From Lepidodermella squamata (lineage: Eukaryota > Animalia > Gastrotricha), in assembly GCA_047495785.1 (NCBI GenBank), contig JBLDXI010000017.1:2976001-3040000 (forward strand): a DNA stretch of 64,000 bases, written 5' to 3'. Each line of letters begins with the position of its first letter. Position 1 is the stretch's first letter. Positions 1 through 11,193 of the stretch are shown here, piece by piece. The translations under genes were made by a program, and so were the position numbers. The notes under the pieces are model-generated. The model was not told the origin of the DNA. It saw only the letters and a program-made list of their open reading frames with translations, and did no database searches.

Positions 1-262
1 CTGGTTGATAGCTAATAGAACTAAATTTTACAGTGAATGGCGATGTCTTTGTTATCCTGGAAAAAATCTATCGCATTGGCGTGCGATTGGTTAAACGTAA
101 AAAATAAAAAATCGAACCTTGAATGTGATCATGAGGTTGCTTATTGTTATTGTTTCAAGTGCGAACTATTTTTTTGTCAATTTCGAAACACGTGCGGTTT
201 TCAAGTCGATCAATCAAATTGACAGCAACTGAGAATCAGTTGCGCTTTGGCTTTACAAAAAA

Positions 263-2536
263 ATGCCCACAGATTTTGCATGGGTGTTGCCAACTTTGCT
301 AATTGCATCATTTTATGGTAATTTTTTCGCATTTTTACTCGTCCAACTTAAGAGACCAGGCAATATTTTCAGCTGACGCGGTTCTTTGTTATTGCAATCC
401 TGAATCTACGACCGTGGTTCGAGCCGGCCGCAATGAGTCATTTTTCATCTCAGGGCGGATCGGTATTAAATCGAACATAACCACACGGTGCTGGGTCGTT
501 TTCTCGAATTCTCCCTTAAAGTATGACAATGAATTTTTCAGATTTCATTTTTGATTTCTTTTCAGATTGATTTTCACAGCGCTAGATACGCCCTGTGCAG
601 ATGATGGAAACCAAGCTGTTCACGGCGTTACCATTTATGATGGCCGAACCACCGCTTCGCCGGTTGTAGTATCAATGTGCAACTCCACCTTAACTCCTCG
701 TTACTTCTTCACGAAAGGCGATGCTTTCATTATTTTTACTAGCTCGCCGGGCAAAATCCACAGCGGTTTTAGGCTTCGGGCGAAAATGATACCCGTCGAC
801 CAGTATCCGACGAACTCTATCAGCTACAACGACGTCAATCCTTGTAACGAAACCTTCATTGTCGCCCAGCCAAAAGGCATTATCCAAAATTACCGGAAAT
901 CTGTCGACGGCAAATACAGATCTGATGAAAACTGTGCTTGGCAACTCGAAGGCCGAATAATGTATGAGCTAATTAACCAGTATTTTTCTAAATTAACACC
1001 TTTGAAAATAATATATAAGCTAGGCTAACAATTTTGTCTTTGGACATCGAACGAGGTGGAAAGTTGTGCGCAAACGATTCACTCATAATTGAAGAAATCG
1101 CGGAGAATGGATCGCTTGATCCTGTCGCTGTTCTCTGCGAACAGTCATCGCCCGTGCGAACTAAATATTACGCCTTAAATGGCGTTTTCCGCATTCATTT
1201 CAAAACTAACAGCCAAGTTGAACGAAAAGGCTTTTCTATCGCCTTTGATGTTAAACGTGAGTAGATTTTTTAAATTTATAGATCCATTTGCTATTTTAGC
1301 TATTTCAGCCTTCAACGCGATGCCTCGAATCATTGGAAAAATGGTGCCATGCGGCGGCGTCTACAACCTGACAGCGAAAACCAAGGAGCCAACGTCTTTG
1401 TTTTCCCAAGTTGAAGGGAAGATCGCCAGTTTGAAGCAACCGCGAATTCGGAGGAGCAGATATACCATTCCCGATCGCTGTTTGTGGGAAATCCGCTCCG
1501 ATTCACCCAATTTTTAGTAGGCATGACTTCAGGCTCAAATTCTATGTCATTTAAACTCAACTATTTAGCCTCCGACTCGCCATTATCCATCTTGCGGATG
1601 AAATGGATAAACTTACAATTTACAACGGCAACTACTCTACGTCAAGCAGCCGAGTCGTGCAATTGGCTGGGCCTTTGGCAACGGGTGATAATTCTTCATT
1701 TGCTAGACAGTGGTTCCAAGCGAGTGGTCCAGTACACGTCTTGCTGGAGACCGACCCCGAAAACGACGACACCGGATTTCTTTTGGAATACAGCCTATCA
1801 CGTAATTTTAATAAACCGAGAAGATTGTCCAAGTTCCTAAACCTAATTGCTTAGCCGATTTCTCTGGAATCAACTCGATCAACGGTGAGAGTGAACATCC
1901 ATGCCGAACCACAATCACAATCGATGTTGACGATGTGAAAGAGGGCTGCATCCGAAGTGGGCTGAGTAAAGCTTGGACCTATCGTCCGATGGAAAGGTGC
2001 AACTGGCTTCTAATTTCAAGTTATCCACTCAGGTAAAGTGATAGAAAATTACTCTTCGATTTGATTTTGTTCTCTCTCGAAGATTGACTATTGATCGCTT
2101 TCAATTGGAACCCGCAAGTGCTGATGGGAAGTGTCGCTATGATTCCTTACTACTGAACACACGTTTATCGAACGGTAACCCTAAGCTCATTGGCGAATAT
2201 TGCGGGGCATTGCCGAACCTACCATTAACCGAAGTCGTCCCAGCCGCTCAGGGGGAGACATTGGTCCTGAATGTGCTATTCAGAAGTGATTCCACCTTCC
2301 AATACTCGGGATTCAATATATGTTATGAACGTAATAATTTCGGCTTTTATTTATAGTGATTATGAATTTTCGATTTTTTTCTAGAGATTCTGCCTACAGC
2401 AGCAAACCAAAACCAGTATTATTACTACTCATCGGCATCGTCCGAAAAATACAACCACGCTGTGATCTATTTTTTGATGATTTGGGTTGTGCCGATATTA
2501 CGGCTGTTTCTATGCCTGCCTGATTATTCCAGCTGA
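263..2536 (+). CDS. Multi-exon CUB-domain protein (about 4 CUB domains) with signal peptide and C-terminal hydrophobic anchor (GPI or TM)
   Basis: ATG263 gives MPTDFAWVLPTLLIASFY (signal-like). Short GT-AG introns join CUB motifs: CW..F, IYDG...CNS, HSGFRL; ENCAWQL, C.NDSL.I, FKTNSQVERKGF; CGGVY, RCLWEI, TGFLLEY; CNWLL, CRYDSL, YCG, FRSDSTFQYSGF. Last exon ends AVIYFLMIWVVPILRLFLCLPDYSS*. Confidence 0.85.
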
Positions 2537-2611
2537 AAAACGTTGAGTAAAAGTATCGCTTGAAGTTTTATTCGCCTTTTGAAAGCTTTAAATAATATGT
2601 ATGATAAGATT

Positions 2612-3028
2612 TCAAATGAAGATAGCCATAATAATGCGAAGCAAGCTTAGAATAGCTCCACGATCGACACGGTCGACAACGTCCTCTGGGCAGATGTTGA
2701 TGATTTTTGCTTGCAGGATAGACTCGATGACTTCGAAACATTCGGTAACAGTTGCCAACTTTTCGTCCCGGTCGTCGCTTATTAATGCCGAATCGTGGGC
2801 TTGAAGTTGGGCTTGAATTGCCTCGACAGGCGACGAAGCCAAGTAAAGGGAGAGTAAACCTTTCAAAACACGCCCATCGTGAACGTCCTCGTACAAATCG
2901 GTGACGGAGAAGCTGCAACCATTGGCTCGAAATACGTTGTTAAGCCAGCGGGTAACCACTTTTCGTTCAGAATCCAGTTGCTGCTCCTCGACTCGGTGAG
3001 CCTCGCTAGCAGAAAACGTGCTGTACAT
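2612..3028 (-). CDS. Small single calponin-homology (CH) domain protein, intronless
   Basis: RKVVTRWLNNVF...VTDLYEDVHDGRVLKGLL...INICPEDVVD...AILSLLRII matches the actinin/filamin/parvin-type CH pattern. First ATG is at 3028. Confidence 0.75.
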   Translation of the reverse strand: MYSTFSASEAHRVEEQQLDSERKVVTRWLNNVFRANGCSFSVTDLYEDVHDGRVLKGLLSLYLASSPVEAIQAQLQAHDSALISDDRDEKLATVTECFEVIESILQAKIINICPEDVVDRVDRGAILSLLRIIMAIFI

Positions 3029-3333
3029 TATTGTTGATTTTGATCTCAAGTGTATTCGTTATTTTAATGGGGTTTTTTATTACCGAGCGAAGATTATGCA
3101 ATTCCTACGCGAATTCTCCGACTATTGCTCGGCTGGACCACGCCACTATGAAGATAAGTTAATTTTAGTTTTCCTATCACGCCGTGGTTGTAAAGATAAC
3201 GGGCTAAATTAGGCGTTGCTGATATCGGGTTGAGTTGATGACAAATAGTTTATAATGATGAGTATAACGCCGGTGCGGTGCCGCAGCTGCGAAGTAAAAA
3301 TTGACGCCGTTTTCTCACTTCGTCCCGCTCAAC

Positions 3334-5609
3334 ATGAAATTATTGGTATCGCTCTTAGCGATGGCATGGCTTTTTTCACGGGTCGAGTCTGTAGCTATAA
3401 GCCATAAGCACACATCAGACAGAGAGAAAGACCCGTCACAGTCGAACAGAAATCGAGACAATAGATTCGATCGGAAGACGTTTGGCCGTAAGGATAATGA
3501 AAGTATAACAGAGAGCGATTTTTCGAGTGAATATCAAAAATATGATCCACCAGGTCTGTTGTATTTATTTTTGAATAATTATTTCTATATCAACATGTTC
3601 AAGGTCACGTGATTGAAGAGCGACTATTCAGAAAACTATTTGATAGACGACCGAAATATGCTAACCGAGTTCGGCCATCTTTGAACCGATCAGCCGTCAT
3701 TGTTCAAGTTGAACTTGTCTTGCTCAAACTCATGGAACTGGTAAGATCTTGGGTAAATTTTATATCTGACACCTCTCGATATTTTTCAGATAGAAATCGA
3801 GCAGGAGATTGTTATATCTGGCTTCTTGGTTATTGTAAGGCCTAAGTCTCGCGAAATCATCTTTTGAATTATAATATCATCTACAGAATTGGACCGATCC
3901 TCGTTACACTTGGAACCCAGCGAAATATGGCCAAATCGATCAAATTGTCACTGATCCCGATCACGTTTGGATTCCTGATATCAGTATCATCAACAGGTGT
4001 GTTTACGTTATTTGTGAAAACACCCTGCTCAACATTATCGGCTCGAACAGTAATGATATGTACCTGCTAACTCGAGACACGAGATTTCCAATCACGCTTT
4101 TCCATACCGGCCAAATGCTGTTCATTCCAACGGGCCGAATAACTGCAAGGTTAGAGCTTCGTTACCATTCTAATCTAATCTTGGATTGTTTCAAATAGGT
4201 GTGAAGTGGACGCGTCGTTTTTTCCTTTCGATCAACAGGTAGGTAGTCAATTTCTTTAATAAGAAAACTGCTTTCACGTTTTTACTCGATTTAAGCTTTG
4301 CAAATTCAGGTAAGCTATTTGCTTGAAGCTGAGCGTTTTAAGAATTGGCGCTGAAAAATTCCACTAGAGTGGAATCTTGGGTTTATTCCTATGAAATGCT
4401 GCGAATCAAGGCTGTTAATTTGACGGTCAACCGCGGTCACTTTGTCGAGAACCCACAATGGCGTGTCGCAGATACTTTCATCCGATCTGAAGTGGTCCAA
4501 GTAAGGATTAAAACTCCTGACTATAGCCTCTATTTAACAAACTACTCTTACAAGTACGAGACCTATTATTTTTCGGCCGCTGAATATTACCTGTTGATCG
4601 AGCGCAAGTCCGATTTCTACGTCATGTATTGCGTGTAAGCGACGTCATCAAATTCCTAATATCAGATATAAATTCAATGTCCTTTTAGATTTCCGTGTGC
4701 TGTTATTTCTCTTCTGGCAATATTCTCGCACACAATTCCTTTTAATGAACCGGACAGAATCACCCTTGGCTCGACAATAATGGGTTCAATATCAATATTT
4801 CATCTATCCGCCGTAACCTTGATGCCGAAATCAGCCTACAACACCCCTTTGCTGGCGGTTTACATTGACGCCGTTATGATTTTGGTCGCCATTAGCTTGA
4901 TAGAAGGCTTGATAGCTCTGACGTTGATCGAAGGTGCTAAATGTTCAGTGCCTTCGCCGTTGGCCTGGTACTTCGTAGTCGAGCTGTTCGGAGATTTCTT
5001 AATGCTTGGGTCTCACGGCCGATATTGGCGACGGCGATATTTACAAGTCGTTCAAACCGTCAATATCTACAGGACCAAGTTCGATAAATATGAGACTCGA
5101 GGTAAATTGAACCCGGACGTTGACCCTGCCTCAGTTCGGAAAAGGAAAAGCGCCCACGACCGTCAGTTGTTGTACCAAAATTGTTCCGGTCCTAATTCCA
5201 AGGCTATCGAGCTCCTGGTAAAGAAATGGAACGACTACATGTACAGCCGGACTGCGGCCCATCTAGGTTTATCGCGCCAAGTTCGCTATAGGACTAAGTC
5301 CTTAGCTGCCGGCCATCGCCAGACTGCAGCTAATTTAAAAAATATCAATATCGAGTTACAAGATTTGGCGCGATCTATCGACAAGCATAATCTTAAGAAG
5401 GAATGCATCGGCGTCTGGGTTGTTTTCGTCACGGCCATCGATCGGGTATAAAATCTGCTTTTGAAAATAGCTTTTTAAACTTTATGTATTTTTAGATCTC
5501 ATTCATCACAATGCTATCTCTCTTCGTTGCTTTACCTGTGTATTTGTTCTGGTACTATCCCCAACCTATCGATGTCAGGCATCTCAAACAAGACAAAATC
5601 TCGTTATGA
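3334..5609 (+). CDS. Cys-loop ligand-gated ion channel subunit, nAChR-like, non-alpha (multi-exon)
   Basis: Signal peptide MKLLVSLLAMAWLF; EERLFRKLF...RVRP; WTDPRYTWNP; VWIPDISIIN; Cys-loop CEVDASFFPFDQQLC; VESWVY; no vicinal CC in loop C; M1-M3, a long M3-M4 loop, then W...IDR-ISF M4. Confidence 0.92.
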
Positions 5610-5617
5610 TTTTTTAT

Positions 5618-6319
5618 TCACAAATTTTCGCTTTTACATTTATTCGGTGGATAAACCGTTGCAGTGTCACCCGTAAATGTCTTCTTTAAGTGGAGAATAG
5701 CCCAGATTGCTCCGATGTAGAAAAATAAAGTGATAACGACTAGAACAACTCCTAGAGCGAGATAGCTCAATCCCCCTGATTCAGTGCTTGCCAGGGTGAA
5801 AGCAAGTGCCGGATTCATTGTCATGAGAGGCATCATTGTGGCGTAAATGACAGTGACAGCGATCGCGCCACACCTGGCCAGGTTTTTCGGCAGGCCTAAA
5901 ACGAATATCGCCCATACAAAGTCGCTGAAACAGATGCATATTATGGTGTAAATTTGCCAATTTGAATCTGGTATGACGAGCAGAAGTAAAGAGATAGCGA
6001 CTGTTAACGAGCAACCGGCACTCAGGCCGTGGCAATGGCTCTTCCAGCTGCCTTTCTCAATCATGAGCCGGTGATCCTTGAGCGGCACCTTTGGTCGACG
6101 ATGCATTGCCATTTCACGTTGAAGAACCATTTGCTGCTGTGCAGCGGCTTCAACTAGGCCTTTACGAGCGATTGAATGATGTGGCCCATCAGGCCCGCCA
6201 AGCTTGACATGATGATGGCCTTTATTTGTTGGCGAGGCGGGCGGAATCGGTTTTATTGTAATAAACTCGATTTCCTCAACCGTTCGGTCAGGCATAGAAA
6301 AAGACTTCTTCATGGTCAT
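5618..6319 (-). CDS. Uncharacterised intronless membrane protein (~4 TM, cytoplasmic N-terminus)
   Basis: 233-aa ORF with ATG start, a hydrophilic N-terminal 95 aa and four hydrophobic segments. No family recognised. Confidence 0.7.
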   Translation of the reverse strand: MTMKKSFSMPDRTVEEIEFITIKPIPPASPTNKGHHHVKLGGPDGPHHSIARKGLVEAAAQQQMVLQREMAMHRRPKVPLKDHRLMIEKGSWKSHCHGLSAGCSLTVAISLLLLVIPDSNWQIYTIICICFSDFVWAIFVLGLPKNLARCGAIAVTVIYATMMPLMTMNPALAFTLASTESGGLSYLALGVVLVVITLFFYIGAIWAILHLKKTFTGDTATVYPPNKCKSENL

Positions 6320-6579
6320 CTATAACTGGTTAAAAATGACTCTTATGCCGTAAATTACGATATGCCTCAACATAATATTGTCTCTCATTCGACGATGAGC
6401 AGCTAATTTTTTCCTGTCAGGCAATAATAGACGACGCAATGGTATTTAGGTAACAAAAATTGATCGCATTGCCTAGTTTCATCAGGTCTCGCATACCTAC
6501 ATCAAAATTTTATTCAAGAATATTATTTCTATCAGAATTTCACAAAATGAAAGGAAAAAAATTTAGAACGTTCTCGTTA

Positions 6580-7254
6580 TCATTTCTTGAAGCAAAGCGT
6601 GACGCCGTCGGCAATGGTCAGAAACGAGACGTGAACACGAGTGTCCTTCGCAATTTTGTCATTGAGAGCTCGGATAGCAGATGTCTCAGCATCGGTGATG
6701 TTAGGATTGACAACAAAACCGCTCCACAGCGTGTTATCAACTGCAATGAGACCGCCTTTACGAACGAGCTGCAACGCCATTTCGTAGTAGATTTCGTAGT
6801 TTGGCTTATCGGCGTCGATGAAAGCGAAATCAAACGAATTTTCGCCCTCTTTTCGCAGCAAGTCATGCAGCGTTTTGACCGCATCGCCAATTCGGAAATC
6901 GATTTTATGAGCCACGCCAGCTTCTTTCCACAGCTCGAAAGTGTCAGTTGCCTTGAGAAATTCATCGGTAACGTCCAGGGCGACAACCTTGCCATCGTCA
7001 GGTAGCGCCAATGCGACAGATAAGGAGCTGAAACCAGTGAAAACTCCGATATCGAGCGTTTTTTTCGCGTTCATGAGGCGCAAAAGGTTCTGGAATAGCT
7101 GCATTTCTTCTGGCGCGCCCAACATCATGCTTCGATGGTGCAGCAGAGTTCGCTCGATCAGCTTCATCTGGACAGGATGGAGTCGAACCGATCGCTCGTA
7201 GGCATAACGCACAAGTTCATCCTTTGATTTGTGGCCCTTCATATCATTATCCAT
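6580..7254 (-). CDS. Cation-dependent O-methyltransferase, COMTD1/CCoAOMT-like, copy 1
   Basis: LDIGVFTGFS SAM motif I, FDFAFIDADK, AVDNTLWSG, DGVTLC; intronless. Confidence 0.95.
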   Translation of the reverse strand: MDNDMKGHKSKDELVRYAYERSVRLHPVQMKLIERTLLHHRSMMLGAPEEMQLFQNLLRLMNAKKTLDIGVFTGFSSLSVALALPDDGKVVALDVTDEFLKATDTFELWKEAGVAHKIDFRIGDAVKTLHDLLRKEGENSFDFAFIDADKPNYEIYYEMALQLVRKGGLIAVDNTLWSGFVVNPNITDAETSAIRALNDKIAKDTRVHVSFLTIADGVTLCFKK

Positions 7255-7822
7255 GGTTGAATGTTTTAAATCGCTCTAATACAAACACAAGTCAAAAATC
7301 GAATAATAAAATTTTAAATCGTGTGTTGAATGATTTTGCAATTTGCAATGAAGAAACCACGTGCCGGGAGATCGCGTGTCTTTTTCATTGCGATGAATCA
7401 CACAGTTGAGATTTGAAAATATGTATCGTGTTTTGCCGATATCTGGAGAAGCCGTCAGAAACTAGGTGACGTTAATAAAATAATTTATTAAATTAGGTAA
7501 CTCGTGTGGTCTGAACTAAGCGTCCGAGAATTAGAAAATGGCCTGGCGCAATGTAGGTCAATTTTTTTTCCTATAGCGTGTCCTTTCGTCTAGCAACCTT
7601 TCGCCGTAATCACACACAAATAAACAGGGTTAATTTTTTTGACCTGGGTGGACACTTTCTATGCACGTCGTTTGTGTCAACACTCGGGCATACAATATAG
7701 GCCGTATGCATACTCATTGCGATAAGGACAATTTTATTCTTTATATTATATTAAAAATGTTTACCGCACATATGGTTAAAATTGATAACAATTATGAATA
7801 AATATCCGATAAATATTTTTTA

Positions 7823-8500
7823 CTAGAGCTTGAAGCACAGGCTCACGCCGTCGGCTATGGTTAGGAATGACACCGAAACGCGGTCGTCCTTCGCGATTTT
7901 GTCGTTCAGAGCCCTGATTGCACAAGTACTCGGGGTATTATCAGCCGGGTTGACAACAGCCCCCGCCCAAAGCGTGTTGTCAACCGCTATAATGCCCCCT
8001 TTGCGGACAAGTTTCAGTGCCAGCTCGTAATATTTATCGTAGTTGCTTTTATCCGCGTCAATAAATGCGAAATCGAAGGAATTTTCGCCATCGGCTGCCA
8101 GAATTTTCTCCAACGATTCAACAGCGTTTCCTAGCCGAAATTCGATCTTGTGAGCAACTCCAGCCTCCTCCCAAAATTCGAAACTTCCAGCGCTCAGCAA
8201 ATACTTGTCGGTGACATCCAAGGCGATGACTTTCCCATCATCGGGTAAGGCCAGGGCGACTGACAGTGCGCTGTAACCAGTGTAGACACCAATATCTAGG
8301 GTGCGCTTTGCGTTGAGCAATCGCATCAAATTCTGAAATAGCTGCATTTCTTCCGGGGCACCTAGCATCACGCTATCTTCAATGTGCTCGGTCTTCTCAA
8401 TCAGCTTCGCCTGAACCGGGTGAAGTTTAACAGAGCGCTCGTAGGCATAGCGTATGATCTTATCATCCGATTTGTGACCTTTAAATTGATCCTGAGCCAT
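7823..8500 (-). CDS. COMTD1-like O-methyltransferase, copy 2
   Basis: LDIGVYTGYS, DFAFIDADK, VDNTLW; intronless. Confidence 0.95.
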   Translation of the reverse strand: MAQDQFKGHKSDDKIIRYAYERSVKLHPVQAKLIEKTEHIEDSVMLGAPEEMQLFQNLMRLLNAKRTLDIGVYTGYSALSVALALPDDGKVIALDVTDKYLLSAGSFEFWEEAGVAHKIEFRLGNAVESLEKILAADGENSFDFAFIDADKSNYDKYYELALKLVRKGGIIAVDNTLWAGAVVNPADNTPSTCAIRALNDKIAKDDRVSVSFLTIADGVSLCFKL

Positions 8501-9375
8501 TAGCTTTTTGTAAAAACTAAAGATTAGATAGACTGTTATATAAGCGACCTAATAAAAATATATAGGGTTTGGAGTTTCCTTCTCGAACCGAATATGAATC
8601 ACTATGTATAAGTTGGCATCATAAAAATAATCGGGGGAGAACTATTGAAGCTGTTATTAGAAAAATTTGCATAATTTTAAATTGACAGATTCACGCTGGC
8701 CGCGTTTTGAAAAGCATTGCGTGTATGCCACAAAAATTTGACGTGTAGTTTACAACTGCGGCCGTGGCTGAGTTTAGGGCGAATAGCATGATAACCAGTA
8801 TACAGGGTAATATAAACTAAAGCAGCTAACAAATATATATGTATGTATAAAAAGCGGGTTTTTTTCTAGTCATGCCGTTATACATGAATGCCCTGACTAT
8901 GTGAGCACTACCTACCCGTTATTGTCTAGTATCCTAAACTTGTTTTTAGTGTAAGATTCAGTCACACCATAGACATAATTTAGGATAACACCAGTTAAAA
9001 TGTCTTTGAAAATTTCGAAAAAATAATCAGCGTGTTCCTCGTGATTTCCTCTGTCTGGATCCAACAACAAAACCCTTGGGAAAATCGAAACCGTCAAGGA
9101 ACCAGCTAAAAAACAATCTAATTTTTTGTTTACTTTGCCACCAATAAGCGCTGATGAATCAGCTGACCATCAGCTGATCTGGCGCCCATGGCGTAGCTTT
9201 TTCTCGTGAGTTAGCAGTCTATCCTAAATTATGTCAATGAGTCACACAGAGCTTCTACTAGAAAACCAATTTTCATTGAGGCCAATTTATTTCCTTTTAT
9301 TTATTTGACATCTAAAATGTATCATCATTTGCAAACAAAAATAAAAGAAAAGAGTTCACGAGAGGTTTATTCCAA

Positions 9376-10128
9376 CTACTTCTTGAAACAAAGAGTAACG
9401 CCGTCTGCAATAGTTAGGAAAGAAGGAGAAACCCTAGTGTCTTTCGCAATTTTTTCATTCACAGCTCGAATGGCCTTGGTGTCTTCAGACTGATCGCTTG
9501 CATCGGCCACGCAGCCGCGCCACAACGTATTATCCACAGCAATTATTCCACCCTTTCGAACAAGCTGGAACGCGAGGTCGTAGTATCTACAGTAATTTGT
9601 TTTGTCCGCGTCAATGAACGCAAAATCGAATGACCCAGCTTCGCTCTTTTCCGACAATATTCTTTCTAGCGACTCAACAGCGTTTCCTTTCCTAAAATTG
9701 ATTTTGTGCGCAACACCAGCTTCCTTCCAAAGGTTGAAAGAGTCCGTTGCCGTCAGAAATTCATCGGTTACATCCAGGGCAATAACTTTACCATCGTCAG
9801 GTAACGCCAACGCCACTGATAGAGAGCTGAAGCCAGTGAAAACTCCGATATCGAGCGTTTTCTTCGCTTTCATGAGGCGTAAAATGTTCTGGAACAGCTG
9901 CATTTCCTCAGGAGCCCCCATCATGTTGTTTGATTTTCCCTTCATAGTCCGCTCGATGAGCTTCAATTGAACTGGATGCAAGCGAACGGAATGATCATAG
10001 GCATACTTGACGATTGTGTTGTTAGTCGAGTGTCCCTTTCCTACATCGAGATTTCTAGTCACACTGCTAAAATGACGGTAGAGCGACGGCAAACCGCTAA
10101 AAACAAGCCGCTTTGTTGGCAAATGCAT
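9376..10128 (-). CDS. COMTD1-like O-methyltransferase, copy 3, with N-terminal presequence-like extension
   Basis: Same motifs as the other copies, plus an extra N-terminus MHLPTKRLVFSGLPSLYRHFSSVTRNL. Confidence 0.93.
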   Translation of the reverse strand: MHLPTKRLVFSGLPSLYRHFSSVTRNLDVGKGHSTNNTIVKYAYDHSVRLHPVQLKLIERTMKGKSNNMMGAPEEMQLFQNILRLMKAKKTLDIGVFTGFSSLSVALALPDDGKVIALDVTDEFLTATDSFNLWKEAGVAHKINFRKGNAVESLERILSEKSEAGSFDFAFIDADKTNYCRYYDLAFQLVRKGGIIAVDNTLWRGCVADASDQSEDTKAIRAVNEKIAKDTRVSPSFLTIADGVTLCFKK

Positions 10129-10241
10129 TCGTAAATTCTAGAACACAGTAATTGCAATAATCAATTTATTTTTACCAGGGAAAATTGAACAATTTATGCG
10201 CCCATCAAATCATTTGTTGAAATGAAATTAGGACCATTTTT

Positions 10242-10928
10242 TCATTTCTTGAAGCACAGTGTAACCCCGTCAGCAACGGTAAGAAATGAAACTGACACGC
10301 GATCGTCTTTCGCGATTTTTTCATTGATAGCTCTGATCGCAACAGTTTCAGGCGATTGGTCATTCGGGTCGATGACTAGACCGCTCCAAATCGTGTTGTC
10401 GACTGCAATTATTCCACCTGGACGAACCAGCTTGAAGGCAAGGTCGTAGTAGTTGCTGTAGTTGCCTTTGTCCGCATCGATGAATGCGAAATCGAACGAA
10501 TTTTCGCCCTCGGTTTCCAGCAGTTTTCCCAGCGTTTCTACAGCACTGCCCTTGCGAAAATCGATCTTATGCGAGACACCTGCTTCTTTCCAGAGGTCGA
10601 AAGTTCCAGCCGCAAGCAAGTACTCATCGCTGATATCCATTGCAACGACTTTTCCATCATCGGGGAGGGCGAGAGCCACAGACAGGGCACTGTAACCAGT
10701 GTAGACACCGATATCAAGGGTTCGTTTAGCCTTCATCAGCTTGAGGATGTTCGCGAACAGCTGCATCTCCTCAGGAGCGCCTAGCATTTGACTTCCCTTG
10801 CATTTCAACGTTCGCTCAATCAATTTTTCTTGAATAGGATGCAGACGAACAGAGTGCTGATAGGCGTAGTTTACCAGAGCATTTTTGGTCCGGTATCCTT
10901 TGCCTTCGTCTTTGAAACTCGAATCCAT
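10242..10928 (-). CDS. COMTD1-like O-methyltransferase, copy 4
   Basis: Same motifs; first true ATG (MDSSFK) at 10928. Confidence 0.93.
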   Translation of the reverse strand: MDSSFKDEGKGYRTKNALVNYAYQHSVRLHPIQEKLIERTLKCKGSQMLGAPEEMQLFANILKLMKAKRTLDIGVYTGYSALSVALALPDDGKVVAMDISDEYLLAAGTFDLWKEAGVSHKIDFRKGSAVETLGKLLETEGENSFDFAFIDADKGNYSNYYDLAFKLVRPGGIIAVDNTIWSGLVIDPNDQSPETVAIRAINEKIAKDDRVSVSFLTVADGVTLCFKK

Positions 10929-11193
10929 TTTGCTGTGGTTAGGTCTTAAAAGAGTAAGCAACTATGGGCGGTAGTAGCTATAGTTCTACCGGGAAGAAGT
11001 GACCGCAAAAGAAATGAGATAAGAGGATATCTACAACAAGTAGGTCAGATAAGCATATCACATTACTGATAAATATTACAATCATAACCTAATAAGAAAA
11101 AATGATAGACAAAGGGGAAGATGAATGAAGAAATTTCTTAATTAATTGAAGATGAAGTTCTTTATATTGCCATTCATTAATAATTTTCTTTCA

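Noticed and set aside
6460-7201. Long antisense ORFs over the O-methyltransferases (and similar ones over H3, MMPs and XPD)
   Set aside because: Codon-bias shadows of real genes.
7572-7661. TATAGCGTGTCC end matching the XPD-intron MITE
   Set aside because: Only one convincing end; the partner TIR is too degenerate to call an element.
8800-9250. Possible MITE remnant between O-methyltransferase copies 2 and 3
   Set aside because: A TACAGGGT start is present, but no matching terminus was found.
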